Source: Nemertoderma westbladi
Taxonomy: Eukaryota; Animalia; Xenacoelomorpha
Assembly: GCA_032718475.1 (NCBI GenBank)
Contig: JAUCBJ010005958.1
Span: forward strand, 21,146-85,145
Direction of reading: 5' to 3'
Length of the DNA: 64,000 nucleotides
The notes under the pieces: generated by a model
Seen by the model: the letters and a program-made list of their open reading frames with translations, nothing else
What the model was told of the DNA's origin: nothing
The model's database searches: none
Shown here: piece after piece, positions 32,871 through 47,135 of the stretch
Layout of the letters: each line of letters opens with the position of its first letter
How positions within the stretch are numbered: position 1 is the stretch's first letter
Position numbers and translations under genes: made by a program

Positions 32871-35340
32871 GTTAGTGATCAGTTATAATTAGTTTGTCAG
32901 CATGTCTCGGTATAGATGGGGTTCCTTAGGGAATCGAATTGTCTTTTTTACATTACATTCAAACTCTTTTGATGTCCTATCATTGGGGAAGAAGAACAAC
33001 AAATTACAGGTATTACTGTAGTGTATAAGAGATATAACCTTACAGTAGATAACACGTACTATTCTAACATTTGAATGCTGTATTATGGTTAGCATTAAGT
33101 TGTATAGAGCCTGATTGGTGATGTGTTTGTGGGGCGAGCCACGAAAGCGAGCTTAGCGTGGGTACCACTAACTCAATCGGTGTGTCTGTTGTTCTGTCGT
33201 TCTGTTGTGTTCAATTTTAAAAGCACTTTCAAGCCTGTCGTTTAACGGAAATTAATTAGCTTATAGTATAAGATTTCAATAATTATACTTAAAAATTATA
33301 CAGCTGTATTCCCCATACCCCATCCCATTATAGTTTTTAATTATTTCAAGTGATTTGCTTTAAGAAATGTGTTTTTAATTAATCTAAACGTAATTAAGTT
33401 AACAAAATGGCACTTCCAGCTCCCTTATTCATTGTCATGCTTGATATTGCCTATAGCCTCTAGCTGCTGGCGCTGGGGGAACCAGTCCAACCACCTCACA
33501 ACTACTTGGCCATGAGTAATTACATCAATAGGACATGGATTGCTTTATCTTGCAAATTGATTGGCTGAGTATTTAATCGTGATTCTTTAGAATAATTAGC
33601 TAAATAATTTCGTTGAGGTGTTGACATGATAAATTAATATTTCATTATCAATTATATCGGCATAAGGTAAGTTTTAATAATTTTTACAAATTGGGTCGCC
33701 TCTATGCCTAAAATTTAAAACACAAATTTCCTGTTAATACCTCTGCCTTTCATTAATCCTCTGTGCGCCTTTGGATTGGGGTGCGGTGGTGCAGTCCGGC
33801 AGTCGTGCAGATTAAGAGGGGGTTGAAGGGGGGAACTTTTCTCTCTTCTTTGATTTATTCTTATTATTGGTTGTTTGGTTAAATTTCTTAAATGACGATT
33901 TTGGGATAGAATTGCTCAATTTTAATCTGTATCTGATAACTGAGCCTCGTGTTGCGCAAAGGCCCCACGAACGTGTTGTACTCGACACAATGAACCTGGC
34001 GTAGCCGTGGCTAGGGTAGGGTTGCTTCCACTGTTTCATGTTTATGTGCACGTATCACTTTTCTTACTAAGTAGGCGCTCCATATTAATAAACACATTAA
34101 GCCCCGTAATGGGATCACTAGGGCATCCCTACTCACTGCGTCACTTTCAATCATTTTCTGTCTCATTGCATCTTCTCTTTTAAATGCGGCGAAGAGGTTG
34201 CAGAGGTGCCAGTCAATAATTATTCGTGCTCTTAGACTGTCTGCATCCCATTCAAGCGATTTCCAGTTTGTTAATTTTTCACGAAATTTTAGAAGGTTTA
34301 AAACCTCATTAAAAATAAAGCCAACCCAAGCCCGGATGGAAACGATTCAAAAATGAAAGTTTGAAGTGTCTAAAACAAGGGAATTTTTAAGATTTCAATG
34401 GAAATGAACTTGATTTTCACTTTTATATTTTATCACTTTTCTATCAGATGTATAACTGTGACGTGATAATTTATCCTCAAAAAATTATAATTTGCTACAT
34501 AGCTAATCACTGTTAATACTAACTGACTTACGTAATTTTGGAATTTTGGGATAGAAATTATGACTTCAGTATAGCTGGGATATTCTGTTTTCCGTGAGTC
34601 TGTATTTAATTACCACATATTCGAGACGCGACAACAATTTCCTCCCAGTTTCAGCGAGTTCGTGGGGAACACAGAAATCTGAAGTGCCGGACAATTAAAT
34701 TAATAACTCTTTCGAGACAGTTTACATAGTGAGTAACGTAGCTAACTTTTTTCCAGTAACTAATCATGATCAACCATACAAAACACAAAGTTAGGGTGAT
34801 TAAAGGAATTGCTATTTGTTTAATGCCCCGCTTATTCTTTACAAAACATGTTTTCCTGACATTTGCGAACAATGGGGTGGAATACAAGTAATTATGAAGA
34901 TGTTATTGTGGAAATTTATTCACGAGGGATAAAGGAAGCAAACTAGTAAAACATATGTTATTTTAGTCAAAAAAAAATATGAGTAGATTATGTTGAACAT
35001 AATAATTGCAAACGAAACCACACCCTGCGATATATTGACCAATAGGAAGCTAACACTGGTAAAAGAGAGAAACTATTTAAATGGAGGCTGGGGGATGGAA
35101 CACACCCTTGCAAACACTTTTAGAATATCCGATGCATCTTTTATTTCTAATTAAAATTTAAAAAATATATTATTTCTAAAATATTGTATATAATTAATTT
35201 TTATATATTTGCTTAGAATTAATTACTGATTATAATTAAAAAATCAGTAAAAATCATTTGTACCCCAGCCTTTTATGGGTATGAGTGTCTCATGTGTGTA
35301 TGATATGAGTTAAGTTAAGTTAAAGTATAATCAATTAAAT

Positions 35341-35569
35341 TGATATAAAAAATGTAAAGTATTGAGGGTCTCTAGCTGGTTATATTATATTAATTAAAGT
35401 ATTAATTAAAATATTAATTATAACTTATATATATAGACCCCCACCTTTTCCTGTTAGTTGCCAGTACATAGTCTGATGCAGACCGGTAGGTCGAAAACGT
35501 TTACTATTGTATCTTTATCTAATATAATATAACCAGCTAAAGACCCTCAATACTTTATTTTTTCTATCA
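35341..35569. repeat. ~50-bp inverted repeat enclosing a Penelope-type minimal hammerhead-like motif
   Basis: Arms at 35341-35392 and 35520-35569; the interior reads ACATAGT-CTGATGCA-GACC GGTA GGTC-GAAA-ACGT-TT-ACTATTGT (35466-35510). Confidence 0.6.
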
Positions 35570-36640
35570 TCTTTACACTATGCTGCCGCTGGTGAATGCC
35601 TACCACTTCATCCGTTCGTTCAATTAATTTGACATCAATAAAATAAAATAAAATTGCACAGCATATATTGCATAAAATAAAATCTGATTATTCCTTCAAG
35701 TACATACAGTCAGTCGTACACACAATCGTAAATAATAATGATTTTCTGATACGTTAGGGAGTTGTAAAGTTAGTTTAACTATTATCAATATGTTAGTTAT
35801 TAAGCTATAATTTTTGTTAGCTATAATTTTGTCGTGTTTTTGTTTTGAAGTTAATTATATCCAGGTCATACTCCCTTATATTTCTCGCTTGCCTCTACCT
35901 TAGCCGAAAGTGATCCATTGCTAATATTTTCTAAGAGAGTTTTTTTACTGTATTCATATTGTAACAGATGTTAGCGAAGGGCAGGGGAAATACTTCTTAC
36001 ACTTTGTGGAGGCGAGACCCTCGAATTGCAAATTAATTGCACCGTAGAACTGGTTGTATGCCTATTATAACTTTGGTATATATAGTTGTGCCTATCCCAT
36101 ATACCTGTATAATATTTGAATCCATAGGCCTACTATAACTGTTGGTATTATATAGTTATAACTATTACGTATTCCGGTATTCATACTGCTGTAGTATATA
36201 TCTCCAAGAACAGTATTATAATAATTAATTTCTGGCTTCAAACAGATATATGAGTGTCTCATGTGTGATGAGTGACTTATGTGTAGGTGAATGCATTTGC
36301 GAACTCTATTGAATTACAGAGGGCACGTGTTGACTGTGGTCAACATTTTACATTATCCGCTCACAGATAATTCATAGAAGAAAATATATTATATATAATA
36401 CATAGAACTAAAATAAAAACGGAGGAGAAAAGTCCAAAATTGCAGTTTTGATAAACTTAAACTACCTGATAGCTTGTATATCCGCAATTTACGTCCTTAT
36501 GGCGTTTCAAAGACGGCCAAGTACAGTAGGTTTGAGAACAGTGGTCTCAGATGTGTGGTTTGAACGATGGGAGGCCATAGGACATAAATTGCGGACATAC
36601 AAGGTATCAGGTAGTATTTCCAGGTCTACCTTTTGCATGT

Positions 36641-36712
36641 GCCGCTAGTGGAATGGTTAGAGCGTCAGACTTCCAACTCGGAGGTCGCCAGTTCGATCCC
36701 ACCTTAGGGTCA
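36641..36712 (+). pseudogene. tRNA-derived SINE head / tRNA pseudogene
   Basis: A-box-like TAGTGGAATGG, anticodon-arm-like TCAGACTTCCAACTCGGA and B box AGTTCGATCC; the acceptor stem is broken. Confidence 0.55.
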
Positions 36713-37719
36713 ATGACGAATTTGCTAATCTGTGCCCAACGAAATTAATAATAAACAAAGAACACGCACAGTGCAGTTATCGGGAAAGACTAATGAGGCC
36801 TTCCAGCAAGGTGGAGCTAGCTAGGTTTTATAAAAATATGCTGCCGAGGTTGTACAACAATGCCTCATTAGTTAAAAATAGGACACAGAATGTTAATTTT
36901 TTTGTCCATTTCTGATGCGTTAATGTAGTTAGTTAGAAAAAATAATACTTTTAATTAATATAGTATAGTTGGTACCTTCAATCTCAATTCTGCGAAATAA
37001 TTTGTTAACATCCCCCAACAGTAAAGTGCATGCCTCCCCTAAACACGCTCTAGACGAAAATCAGAAGCTTTACAATTATAGTTCAATCTGAGTTCACAAT
37101 CATAGGAAGTGTTACTAAAGCCAACCTTACGGCGTAATAATCCTCATTATTTCTCACCAGACACCTACTCTAAACGATAAGGAAAACACATGCGTTCCCT
37201 TTCTATTGTTAGATTTTTTTCTCAAAGGGTAAGCTCTACCTTCATATCTATTATTTATGCTTTTATTGATTAGGTTTTACACTGACATATATTCATATTA
37301 TATATACTGTATATACATATTGTTGGGGTGTAAACGTTACGACGACAGCCATGTAATTAGCTTTAATAATGGTTGTCGGCGTATCGTTTACACCCGCTTG
37401 GTTATTTGCTCTTACATGTTATCCATCAAAATAATTATTGTTTTACAATATCTTAAATATTGCCAATTTAAACTAGTTCACTATACTTTTGGTTGATGAG
37501 AGTTATGCCTTTAATTAATATGATCTGTGTAATTAATTGCCAAATATGTTTTGACGTTCAGTTACACAAAAACAACACGTTCGTTGGGCCTTCACGAGGC
37601 TCATTAATCAGATACAGATTAAAATTGAGCAATTCTATCCCAAAATTGGTATTTAAGGAATTTAAATAAATAAAAAAGAAATTTAACCAAACCGCCAATA
37701 AGAATAAATCAAAAAAGAT

Positions 37720-38185
37720 TGCTATGGAGATGGTATCTAATGACCCTAATACACTGCATGTACTGGTATCAATGTGTGAGATTTTACTACAATTAGTATT
37801 AAACCAGAGAAAATTTATGGTTGAGGACAAATTTTTTGTGCAAATGCGAGGGTTGCTTATGGGAAATCCAATTCCACCTATTTTAAGCTGCCTTTTTATC
37901 TGTCGCGGATCGCTTAGAGGATAAAGCTTGTAAAGGGTTGGGCTTTCTTCCAAATGTTTCAATGGTTCAGTTTGACGAGTTATCGGACCAGTTATAGATG
38001 ATAACTGGACTCTGGTAAATAACGACAAGGTCGATATGTTGCATAATCTTAACAAATTAAATAAATATATACAATTTACTGTAGAAAAACAGACTGAAAA
38101 CGACGATCTACCATTTATTGATACGCTGAGACACTATAAATAGCTATGGGCTAAAATACTACTGTATACTAGAAAGCCACGCATT
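37720..38185 (+). mobile_element. Penelope-like RT pseudogene fragment
   Basis: FFVQMRGLLMGNPIPPIL and IQFTVEKQTENDDLPFIDTL match the PLE RT motifs GxxMGxP and I.FT.E.E....LPFLD; disrupted by frameshifts and stops. Confidence 0.75.
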
Positions 38186-38425
38186 CGATTATATTGCGTT
38201 CAAATATATACGCATTCATTGGTTTATCTCAGAGAATCAATTACTGCCAATCCTTACACATGGTAGGCTCTACAATGTTGAAGCGAAATCATTGTGTTCA
38301 ATGTGTTTTAGGAAACTAAAAAGTTTATTGTGTCAATTGTGACAATTCCCTTACTGTATTCACTGCTCACTCCGTTCAAATGAAAATAATGAGATATAAA
38401 TTAAATTAATTTGCTGACAAAAAAA

Positions 38426-38544
38426 GCCTACAACACTTGGTGTTCCCTGGCGGTCTCCCATCCAAGTATTAACCAAGCTCGAAGGGCCTTAACTTTCGCT
38501 GATCGGACGAGAAGCGGTGCTTTCCCCTTGATATGGTCGTAGGC
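38426..38544 (-). rRNA. 5S rRNA: Orphan 5S rRNA gene or recent pseudogene (119 nt plus T7 terminator)
   Basis: GCCTACGACCATA...TTCTCGTCCGATC...AGTTAAG...TTGGATGGGAGACCGCC...GTTGTAGGC followed by TTTTTTT; helices I, III and V pair. Confidence 0.92.
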
Positions 38545-41500
38545 GAAGTAATTTACTCAAAAGTCAAACTCTGTAGAATCTTAAATCCGCTCGATGTACT
38601 CTAGAAAGTTTTAAAGGGAGACCTTATTTGTACCACATTGTATTGTAGATAATCTTTGGCAGATGATATTATCTTCCAGTCACATGAAGGAATTTGAATA
38701 CAATAATGACTTCCTTCCTGTGTTCGATTATTTATAAACAATGGTGGCAGTAAATCTGCAACACAGAACAATAAAAAATAAAATATCGAATGATGTGGCG
38801 CCGTTATGACTTGCAATTTGACCTGTAATCGTAGTCGAATTATCAGCATCCCGAAATAACGAGTTCGAGTGAATGAAAATGAATAGAACTGCTACTGACC
38901 TGACCTGCAATACGCAGATAATGATAATATGCCCCCAGAACCTTCCTTGCCAATCGCTGTCCACAATCGATAATAATAATTATCGAAATATGAGATGCTA
39001 GCAGAGGCATGGTATTAGATTCTTTATTTGGGTGTATGTTTGTGACATGTGTGCTGGGATGTATCTTTGTGTATTAGAGAGTTTTAAATCATTCAATATA
39101 TTTCGTGCTGCGCTCTTGAAGTTATTACCTATTGTATGTTACTGATTATATATTGTTGTTGCTGCTGATAATTTCTAGGTAGAAGCCACGCCCAGTATAC
39201 AAGATGTCATGCTTTTGGGTCGCTAGTAGAGAATATAACAAAATTAAAAGACAGTCTTAAAAAGGATTTTACTATCAGTACTATATTATGCGCTTTTGTC
39301 TGGGGTTTTCATGTTATGATCGTTGACTACTCAGGTAAACATGACATAGACGCAACCATCAAGGGAGCCTACCTTACATACACACCAGTACTTCCAATTT
39401 GGCATTCGTCATTAATTAGCTGACAATTGTGGGAATTAGCAATACCAAAGGGTCATAAATATTGTGACAGTCTCGGTCAGTCCGATATTTATTTATAAGA
39501 TACTGATATTCCGACTGGGAACTCCCAACAGACTGCGTCTGTTGGGCTACTGAAAGGTTGTCGAGTGGTTCTGAAAGGCCGAAGGCCGGTTAAATAACTA
39601 GGCCGGTTTATAGTTACAGTTGTTCGTAATGTCAGATTCAATAAAGCACAATCAGTCATATAATAATAGCAGTACAATGACGGTCGACGACGGTTAAAAA
39701 CCGTCTGACTTCTACACTCAATATAGCCAACTGAAGCACAATTAACAGAGTAACGGTTATATATATTATATGGGATACAAATTCGTACCTATGTTTGACC
39801 TACCAATGAATGCGTGATAATTAATTGTAAACCACCCCATCATTGGTTGATCCATTCCCGGGCCAAACCCATTTTCCCTGGCCCTATGATAGCTTCCTCC
39901 TGAGATGGGCTAATATGCATCTCTCTCTCTTTCTGGTAATGCATATTGCCCTGGTGTCTTCGGTATGCGATATTATATTGGTAATATCGCATATCCGATT
40001 AGGATTTGTAAATCATACCTTTCCCCATTTTCCACTGGGGGTGCAGCGAATTGGATACGCTAACATTGGCTAGGGGCTTTTCTTGTTCAGTCAATTCATT
40101 TCTGATGTCAGTTTTAACGGTGTACGAAATCTTATCCCACTGTTTTATTTTATTGCGTACCATTGCTTATGGATCACCTGGGTGATCCATAGTAACTAAA
40201 GGGTTAATTATTCAATCATTATTATTAAAATCCGTCACTTTTTAGTATTTTTAAATTCATTAATTAGCTATACCATCATAATTATCAGCAGTTGTTAATG
40301 AAAATCTCACTGACGATTAATTTACTGGTGTTAAAAAGCTTGTTTTATATATAATACTACATAATAGTAATTTTAAAACTTATAAAATGTTCAAATTTTG
40401 AGTATGGGATGAGGTTACTATGTGTGCTATTAACCTTTTTACAAAATTGAATTTTACAAAATTCGCAAATGCAAATTGGATCATCACTGCGAATGAGTGT
40501 ACTTGTATGTACGCGATTGGGTTACATTGTGTTTGTTTAACTTATAATATAACAAAGTATAGGAATGATGCAAAATTATACCCCTTAAGCCTTAAATTAC
40601 CCAAACCTGTTTGTTGGTCATTCTTACACTATTATGGAATCGCATACCTTTTATCTCTAATTGATAGGAATAACAGCATATCAGCTCAGAGTGCCCAATC
40701 CCCCCAATAGTCAATTCCCCAATAACTGTGTAGGAGTGCATTAGATCTCGTTTCAAGTGATTGCACACATGGGAATAATTTTAATGGGAACCATTTATTT
40801 TATAGCAAATCAATTACGTATTGTATAAATAAAGTAAATGGGAATGAATTAAAGTAAAGTTCTACATTATATTATAGCTGAAATGAATTATTTTTTATTG
40901 ATATTTATTATCATTTCATGAAAATAAGATGAAAGATCGTTTTATTGATAAAAGGTAACGTAATTTACAAAGGAAGCGTTTCCATTGTAATATTAATAAT
41001 TAATAATAGCTGCGAGGAAATGACCAGATTTAGATGATGGAGCAGTTAAATTATACAAGCGCCATGGATACTGTAGTGTAGTGTAGGTATTGTTGTTGGG
41101 ATGCTATCATTTTATTTCCTAATTCACCAGCCCAGCGGGAAGAAGTGATAAACAGACGATTTAGTTTCTTGCCCCTAAAAATACAAGGGGAGGGATGGGT
41201 TTCAAATATCCATCCAATTAACCAACATGTTTCTATTCAAATGAAACATCAAATAAAATAAATAATATATTTACCATCAACTGATATAAGCTATTTTGTA
41301 TTAACTATTAAGTATAGGGTGTTAGTGAGAGATTATACAATTTACCAGATTAGGCCAGCCAAAGGGATATTACGCTTACGCACAAAGTCTGACGACTTAT
41401 TTTCGGTCCCCCCCCCCCCCCCCCCCCCCATAGGAAATTCTTGTATTCGTTTAGATACCATTAAGGATGCAAGACAGAGATGCGCCCTGACTAGAAAACA

Positions 41501-41671
41501 AAGAAACATAAAAGCAATAAAGGGAACAATATACCCGTTTCGTGACACTACAATTGTCAACCGGATAACTGCACCCCCCCCCCCCCCGGACAATTGCCCC
41601 CCGAGGACAAATGCCTCCAGACAATTGCCCCCCAATGGATTCAGCGCCCGAAAACCTATATTGGAAAAAGA

Positions 41672-43320
41672 TTAGATAATTCTATATAGAATCATTTTGT
41701 TGTATATTTTGGCAGCTACCACATGCGGACAGATCCCACGATAGTTTGTTGGTACACCGAGGTCTCCTTTCTTGGGGAGAGGCTTTAGTTGACCTTTTGT
41801 CCAAGTTGGTGGTGGCTTTTCCCCTTTTAACATCCGGTTGCAAACATTCAATAATGGTCTGTTTAGCACTTCTGTTTTCCATACCTCCGCTGGAATTTTA
41901 TCTAATTCATCTAATCCACTCGCTTTAGTATTGGACACGCTTTTAATGCTTCTTTAGAGTTCGGCGGGTGTGAAAGTCCCCTGTCTCTATAGGTAGTGTC
42001 TTGTCATATATTTTATTCCTAAATTGTAACATTACTCAACGCCGTTAGTAAAAGCGAGTTGTTATTTAGCACTTTACAACTTTAGAGGACATTACAGCAG
42101 CAGTATTGGCCTGTACATTTAGTATTATATTTGGTGAACAATAGGTGGAAATTTGCCTGACAGCCAGATAGGCCTACTGCATCACCTACTGGTAGGCGGG
42201 GTATAGCTATTAATAACCAGTAGGGCCTAGCTATATTATTATAACATGGCTCCAAACGCCACCATAAATATAAGTTAACTTATTTATAACATAATTTATG
42301 TCATTTTTACATTTATTTATACAGCAACTAATGTAATTTGTGCAGTTTCTATCACTTATAATGTATTTGTACAATCATTTCGTAATGTTAAAATTTTGGA
42401 ATAAAACTACAGATACTTGTTGCAAAGTACTTTACAGTGTTCTGTTCCTCGTGGCTTTATTTTCACTCACTCACTAACGTTCGTTCGTGTAACAAAGCCA
42501 CTCGGATCATCACACTGTAAAGTGCTACTTTACACAGAAGTATGTAAATAGTTATTCCTTGTTGTAGGGCTCACCTCGATGTTTGGTGGCTGCCCAAGCA
42601 AGTTGCTAAAGTGATGTTTCCCTCTCCCAACACATTCTTCAGGACTATCAGCTTTGAGGCGCCCCTTAGCACAACTTCTCCGACCTGCTACCTCATTTAC
42701 AGTTTGGCAGGTAAGTCTTGATTGTTGCTGTATGTGAGCAGTTGTAATTTATTAAATCTTGTCCTGTATGTACTTCTCCTGGCTGATGTTGTAGGCCAAT
42801 TTAAGATCGTCCTTAGCTTTCTCAACCTTGTTAATGTTTTCGGTTGTTGGTTGTTCGATTTTTACTTTGTAGGCTATCTTAAGATCTTCTCTCTTACAAG
42901 TAACCTCAGAGTTTTGCCATGCACATACTGTTTTCGTTTGGGTTTCTGGGGGATATGCCGCTTAGCTGATTCCTTGTGGGCTGTTATTATATTCTGGTAT
43001 ATTGAATCAGTGGACTGGTCTTCATCCATTGACTGAATTACTTCAAAGCGGTTTTGAACTTCTACTATGTATTCATCCTTTACTGCATTGTTAGTTCTGA
43101 GTTTCTCCCAGGCATAGTTGATTCGCTTGCTTGTCCTGGGTTTGCTGGCTCTCAAACTGAGTGTGACCTCTGCAGTCACAATTCTGTGGTCCGAACCAAT
43201 TAGGTTGAACGTGCTGTATGCCTCACAGTTAATCATGCTGTTTCTCCACTTTTTGTTTATAAGGATGTAATCCAGCTATGATTTGGATCGATTAGGGTAT
43301 TGAAAGGTCCATAGCTTCCC
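41672..43320 (-). mobile_element. RTE family B fragment (EN end to RT start) with an insertion at 42021-42551
   Basis: SDHRIV endonuclease motif and the linker/RT start, matching 17131-17540. The insert is flanked by TTATTCCT (42013-42020, 42552-42559) and has an internal hairpin at about 42424-42530. Confidence 0.8.
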
Positions 43321-45884
43321 CTAACTATGAGCGTGTTAGTTGGAATACTTAGCCAGCTCACTATTTTTCTATTGGTTTAATAATCCTTAGCGATGGAACT
43401 TAATTTATTTGTGAAATGGCGTGGTTCTTCAGTAAAGTGCATCTACGTAATTCCGATGATCCATTAGATGAATGCGATGAACAAGGGTACCTGATGTTTC
43501 GCCATGTAATTTTCCTTTAGGTGTGGCTATATAGTTATATATTAGTTCATATATCACATATATTAGTTGCGGTTGAATAGTCATTGCAATCTCATGGCTG
43601 CAATTTTACTATGGTATACCCTAAGATGATGTGTATGGGTTACCAGTCAAGCTGCCTTGTATCAGCAGTCATTTAAGGGTGGATACCAACTTTGCTTCAA
43701 TGGTAATCTGAATGATTCCTTGGTAGTTTTCAATTAGAGTGAAGTTTCCTTTGTTGGTAACATGGACTCAACTCACTCTGACTTCTTGTTTGTCTCCAGT
43801 TCTTAAGACGCTGATTTTGATTGTTACATATATAAATTACGGGAAGACCTGTATTGGGTGCTGCACTTCGTTGGTTTTTATACATTTGGAGGCCATTTTA
43901 TGGAAGCCCATAGCGGTTTTACGGTGGCCACCTTATATCATTAACTTCAAACAATGTTGATTATCAGCTGTATAAAAGAGCTCGAGAAAAAGCACACACT
44001 CTCTTTTCGGCACAATCGAATCACATGTATTTGAGGTACCACTACCTGTACTACTACTACTACTACTACTACTCGTTAGTTACGTTAGGTCTTATTACTG
44101 TAAAAGTATTATGTTTGTATGTTTGTGTGTATGTATATAAGTATGTATGTATATAATGTAAACCCCCCGAAGCTATAGCTCGTCCGTCAATGAAAGTTAT
44201 ATCCATCGACGCAGCTCAACCTCAGGATGTGGAAAAATAAGTTTCGAAAAAAAAATTTATTTAAGTGTCTTTTTTTATTTCGAAAAATAGCCCCATAACA
44301 CCCAAATTGCCATAGACTCAATGATAGAAACAGCAGCTGCTGGTGCTCGTGAGGGTCTAGTAAGCTCACTACTACTATTGAATGGATAGGCCCAAACTGC
44401 AGATAAGTACATTACCTATTTGCCAAGTTCAGTTTATTACTCTCCCACTCTACCCCAGACAGTAAGCAAACATCAACTGTTACTTTGTAATGTATTACCC
44501 CGCCAGCTGAATAGCTCTTTCCAGTGAATCCTATGGGAATATCACTCAGTGATGAATCACTATCACAAGGTTACTCACTGCTATGTTAGGTAGCAGGCCG
44601 GCTGATTGAATTTTAAGCACTGGTCCGTTTAAATATTTTATAGGTTAATAATAATGACATTAAGGGGCTGGGATTACTCTCTCTCTCCCTCTCTCTCAGA
44701 CTGTAAGCAAAGCTGTTCAATGTGGAGTAACCCAACTAGACTACATTTGTCTATGGACGGTCTTCTTATAGCCAGCTTGCTGGTGCCCTAATTTATATTC
44801 CAATCTTCTATCATATTTCTTGGAAAAACTTGAGCAATAATATTTCGTTTGTATGCCTTATTAATACCACAGACTGCCTATATTATTGGATGTGCAGTGC
44901 AACAATGCTAAAACAGTATTATTGTAGCACACTGTACGGTCTATTACACATACTTGTGGCATGTGACATTTAGTGAAACCATCTGGCCCAATTCACCATT
45001 CACCATACTGTATGCCTGAATAAGCACCAAACAGGCAACCCAATACGAGCAAATATGACGACCGTATGTATCCTGTATATTGATCGTATAAGTGACCATT
45101 GGCTTGTATTAGTGAGTTTATGTTAGAATGCGCCCATGCTGCCATTAGACTTGCAACTATTTAGACCTCAGGCAAAGAGTTTACCAATAGTGGTGATTAT
45201 AAACTTTGCTGAAAATATCTGATGGGATGAACGGGTCGTGGAATGAAACTGCATATAAACTCCTCTACCTACACCCACCCCAGTGCTCCCTCTATTTCCA
45301 CAATATATGGCTTGTAGTTTACTAATGTGTTACGTCCCTCCCCCATTTTGCAGCTGCTGTGCTTTCACCCCCAGCCTGTCACAGAAGCTTCCACAAATAA
45401 CACGACTCCTTGAAAGCTTGTTGTTGTGCTATTGCTGGAATGTAAGCAATCCATGAATCAATCAAAATATATATAGTCAATACTGTATTCTATTTCCATA
45501 TCTAACCACAGTTTGTGCATTACTTACATACTGCAGATATTTATTTTAGCTGTAACTCATTTATAATTACTATTCAGGCTACAGTGATTGGTTTAATTAC
45601 ATATATTTTTTTCATAAAATTCAGCTTATCATAATTTTGAGCGTGTTAGGCAATATATCACGTTATAACGTACTATTATTATTATTGATAAAAATATATC
45701 TTCTAATATTTTTCATAATTATTCATGTTAGTACAGTAACTATGTAATATGAAAAGTGCAGTAACAGCTCCTACGATTATTTAACACATGTTGAATGTAA
45801 CACATGTGTAACACATTGCCAAATGTTTAATTTGATATGATAAAATAGAAATCACAATGTGTACGTAGTGACTAACTAATACTA

Positions 45885-46170
45885 TCCTACTACTAGGTCG
45901 AGCGACCTCGATGTGATCCTTCCAGGCTTCCCGATTCTCCATAGTTGTCGAAATTTCGTTTCTCTCAAGTTCAGTATCCCTTTCTAGCCAGACTATAGTA
46001 TATGACATAGTCTGTCGTCCACGGCTAGGCTATCCATATGTTGGTTGCCAGAAAAGTAGATCTTGTATGCGACCACATGTTTACTTCTACAGCAGGGCCC
46101 ACTAAATCTTAATCTGCGTTCACAGAGTCTGGTTGATACAGGTGGTATTGTACGCTCGGCGTTGGTCATG
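45885..46170 (-). mobile_element. RTE family B 3' fragment
   Basis: Reverse complement of 18452-18745, including the GCTCGACCTAGTAGTAG end. Confidence 0.8.
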
Positions 46171-47135
46171 TTGTGAATATATATAAAGCTGAAAATAATA
46201 GTTTAATTAACTATCTTATTAAGCAATTCGTTTTCTCTTCTTACAAAATAAATGTATTATTATATGAAAATTGAAATTGAAATACGCAGTTGAGCAGAAT
46301 TGAGAAGTACACAGAAGCGACAATTTCCCTCCAAAAGGTAAGACTGCAATAAATAGATTTATTTTTACGTGGCGCGTTGCACAGTTTCTATTTATTAAAT
46401 TATTTGAATCACCTGGCATTTACTTTTGAGAGTGTGTTTTATTAAGTAACATTAATTTTAAATAAAATTTAATTAAAAATTAATATAAATTGATATTAAT
46501 TTTCTGGAGATTTGTATGAGTCAAAAGGAAATACCTAGGAAAGGCATTAAATTACTCATTTAGCAACCATTAATGTACAGATGACTTATAGTTCCTACTC
46601 AACACTCAGTGTTTGGTTCATCATAATGAAGGATTTTTTTGTCGATACGAAATTGTTAGGTCCTTGAAAAGAATTAATCTATAGTCCAATATACTTCATC
46701 CCCCATATTAAATATGTAGTTAATTCAAGATCTCACAGGAGAGGTTGTCTAAATCTTATGTGATTGATGAATTTTACCTCGCAACACTGATATACGTGTA
46801 GAATTTTAATATATTTAGGGTAATAAATAAGTCAAACTAACTCCCTCCACTTACATCGAGGATGAAAAGGGAGACTCGTTACATTTTAGGCACAAAATAC
46901 AATTTCCTGGACAAATGAAATGATTTATTAATATGTTGAGTTTATCTCCGTTTCCGTACCTATAGGGTGGTGCATTGACGAGATTATTGAGTGTTTTGTA
47001 CGCACAACACAAAGGCATACAACAAAATATAAGGAACATTTTAGTGGCTCTATTCTATATTTGTTTAAATCCTTATTAAATTCCATAAAAATTGGATCAG
47101 TATTAGTTTACCTATTTTTGAGGGGCTTAGTGTTA

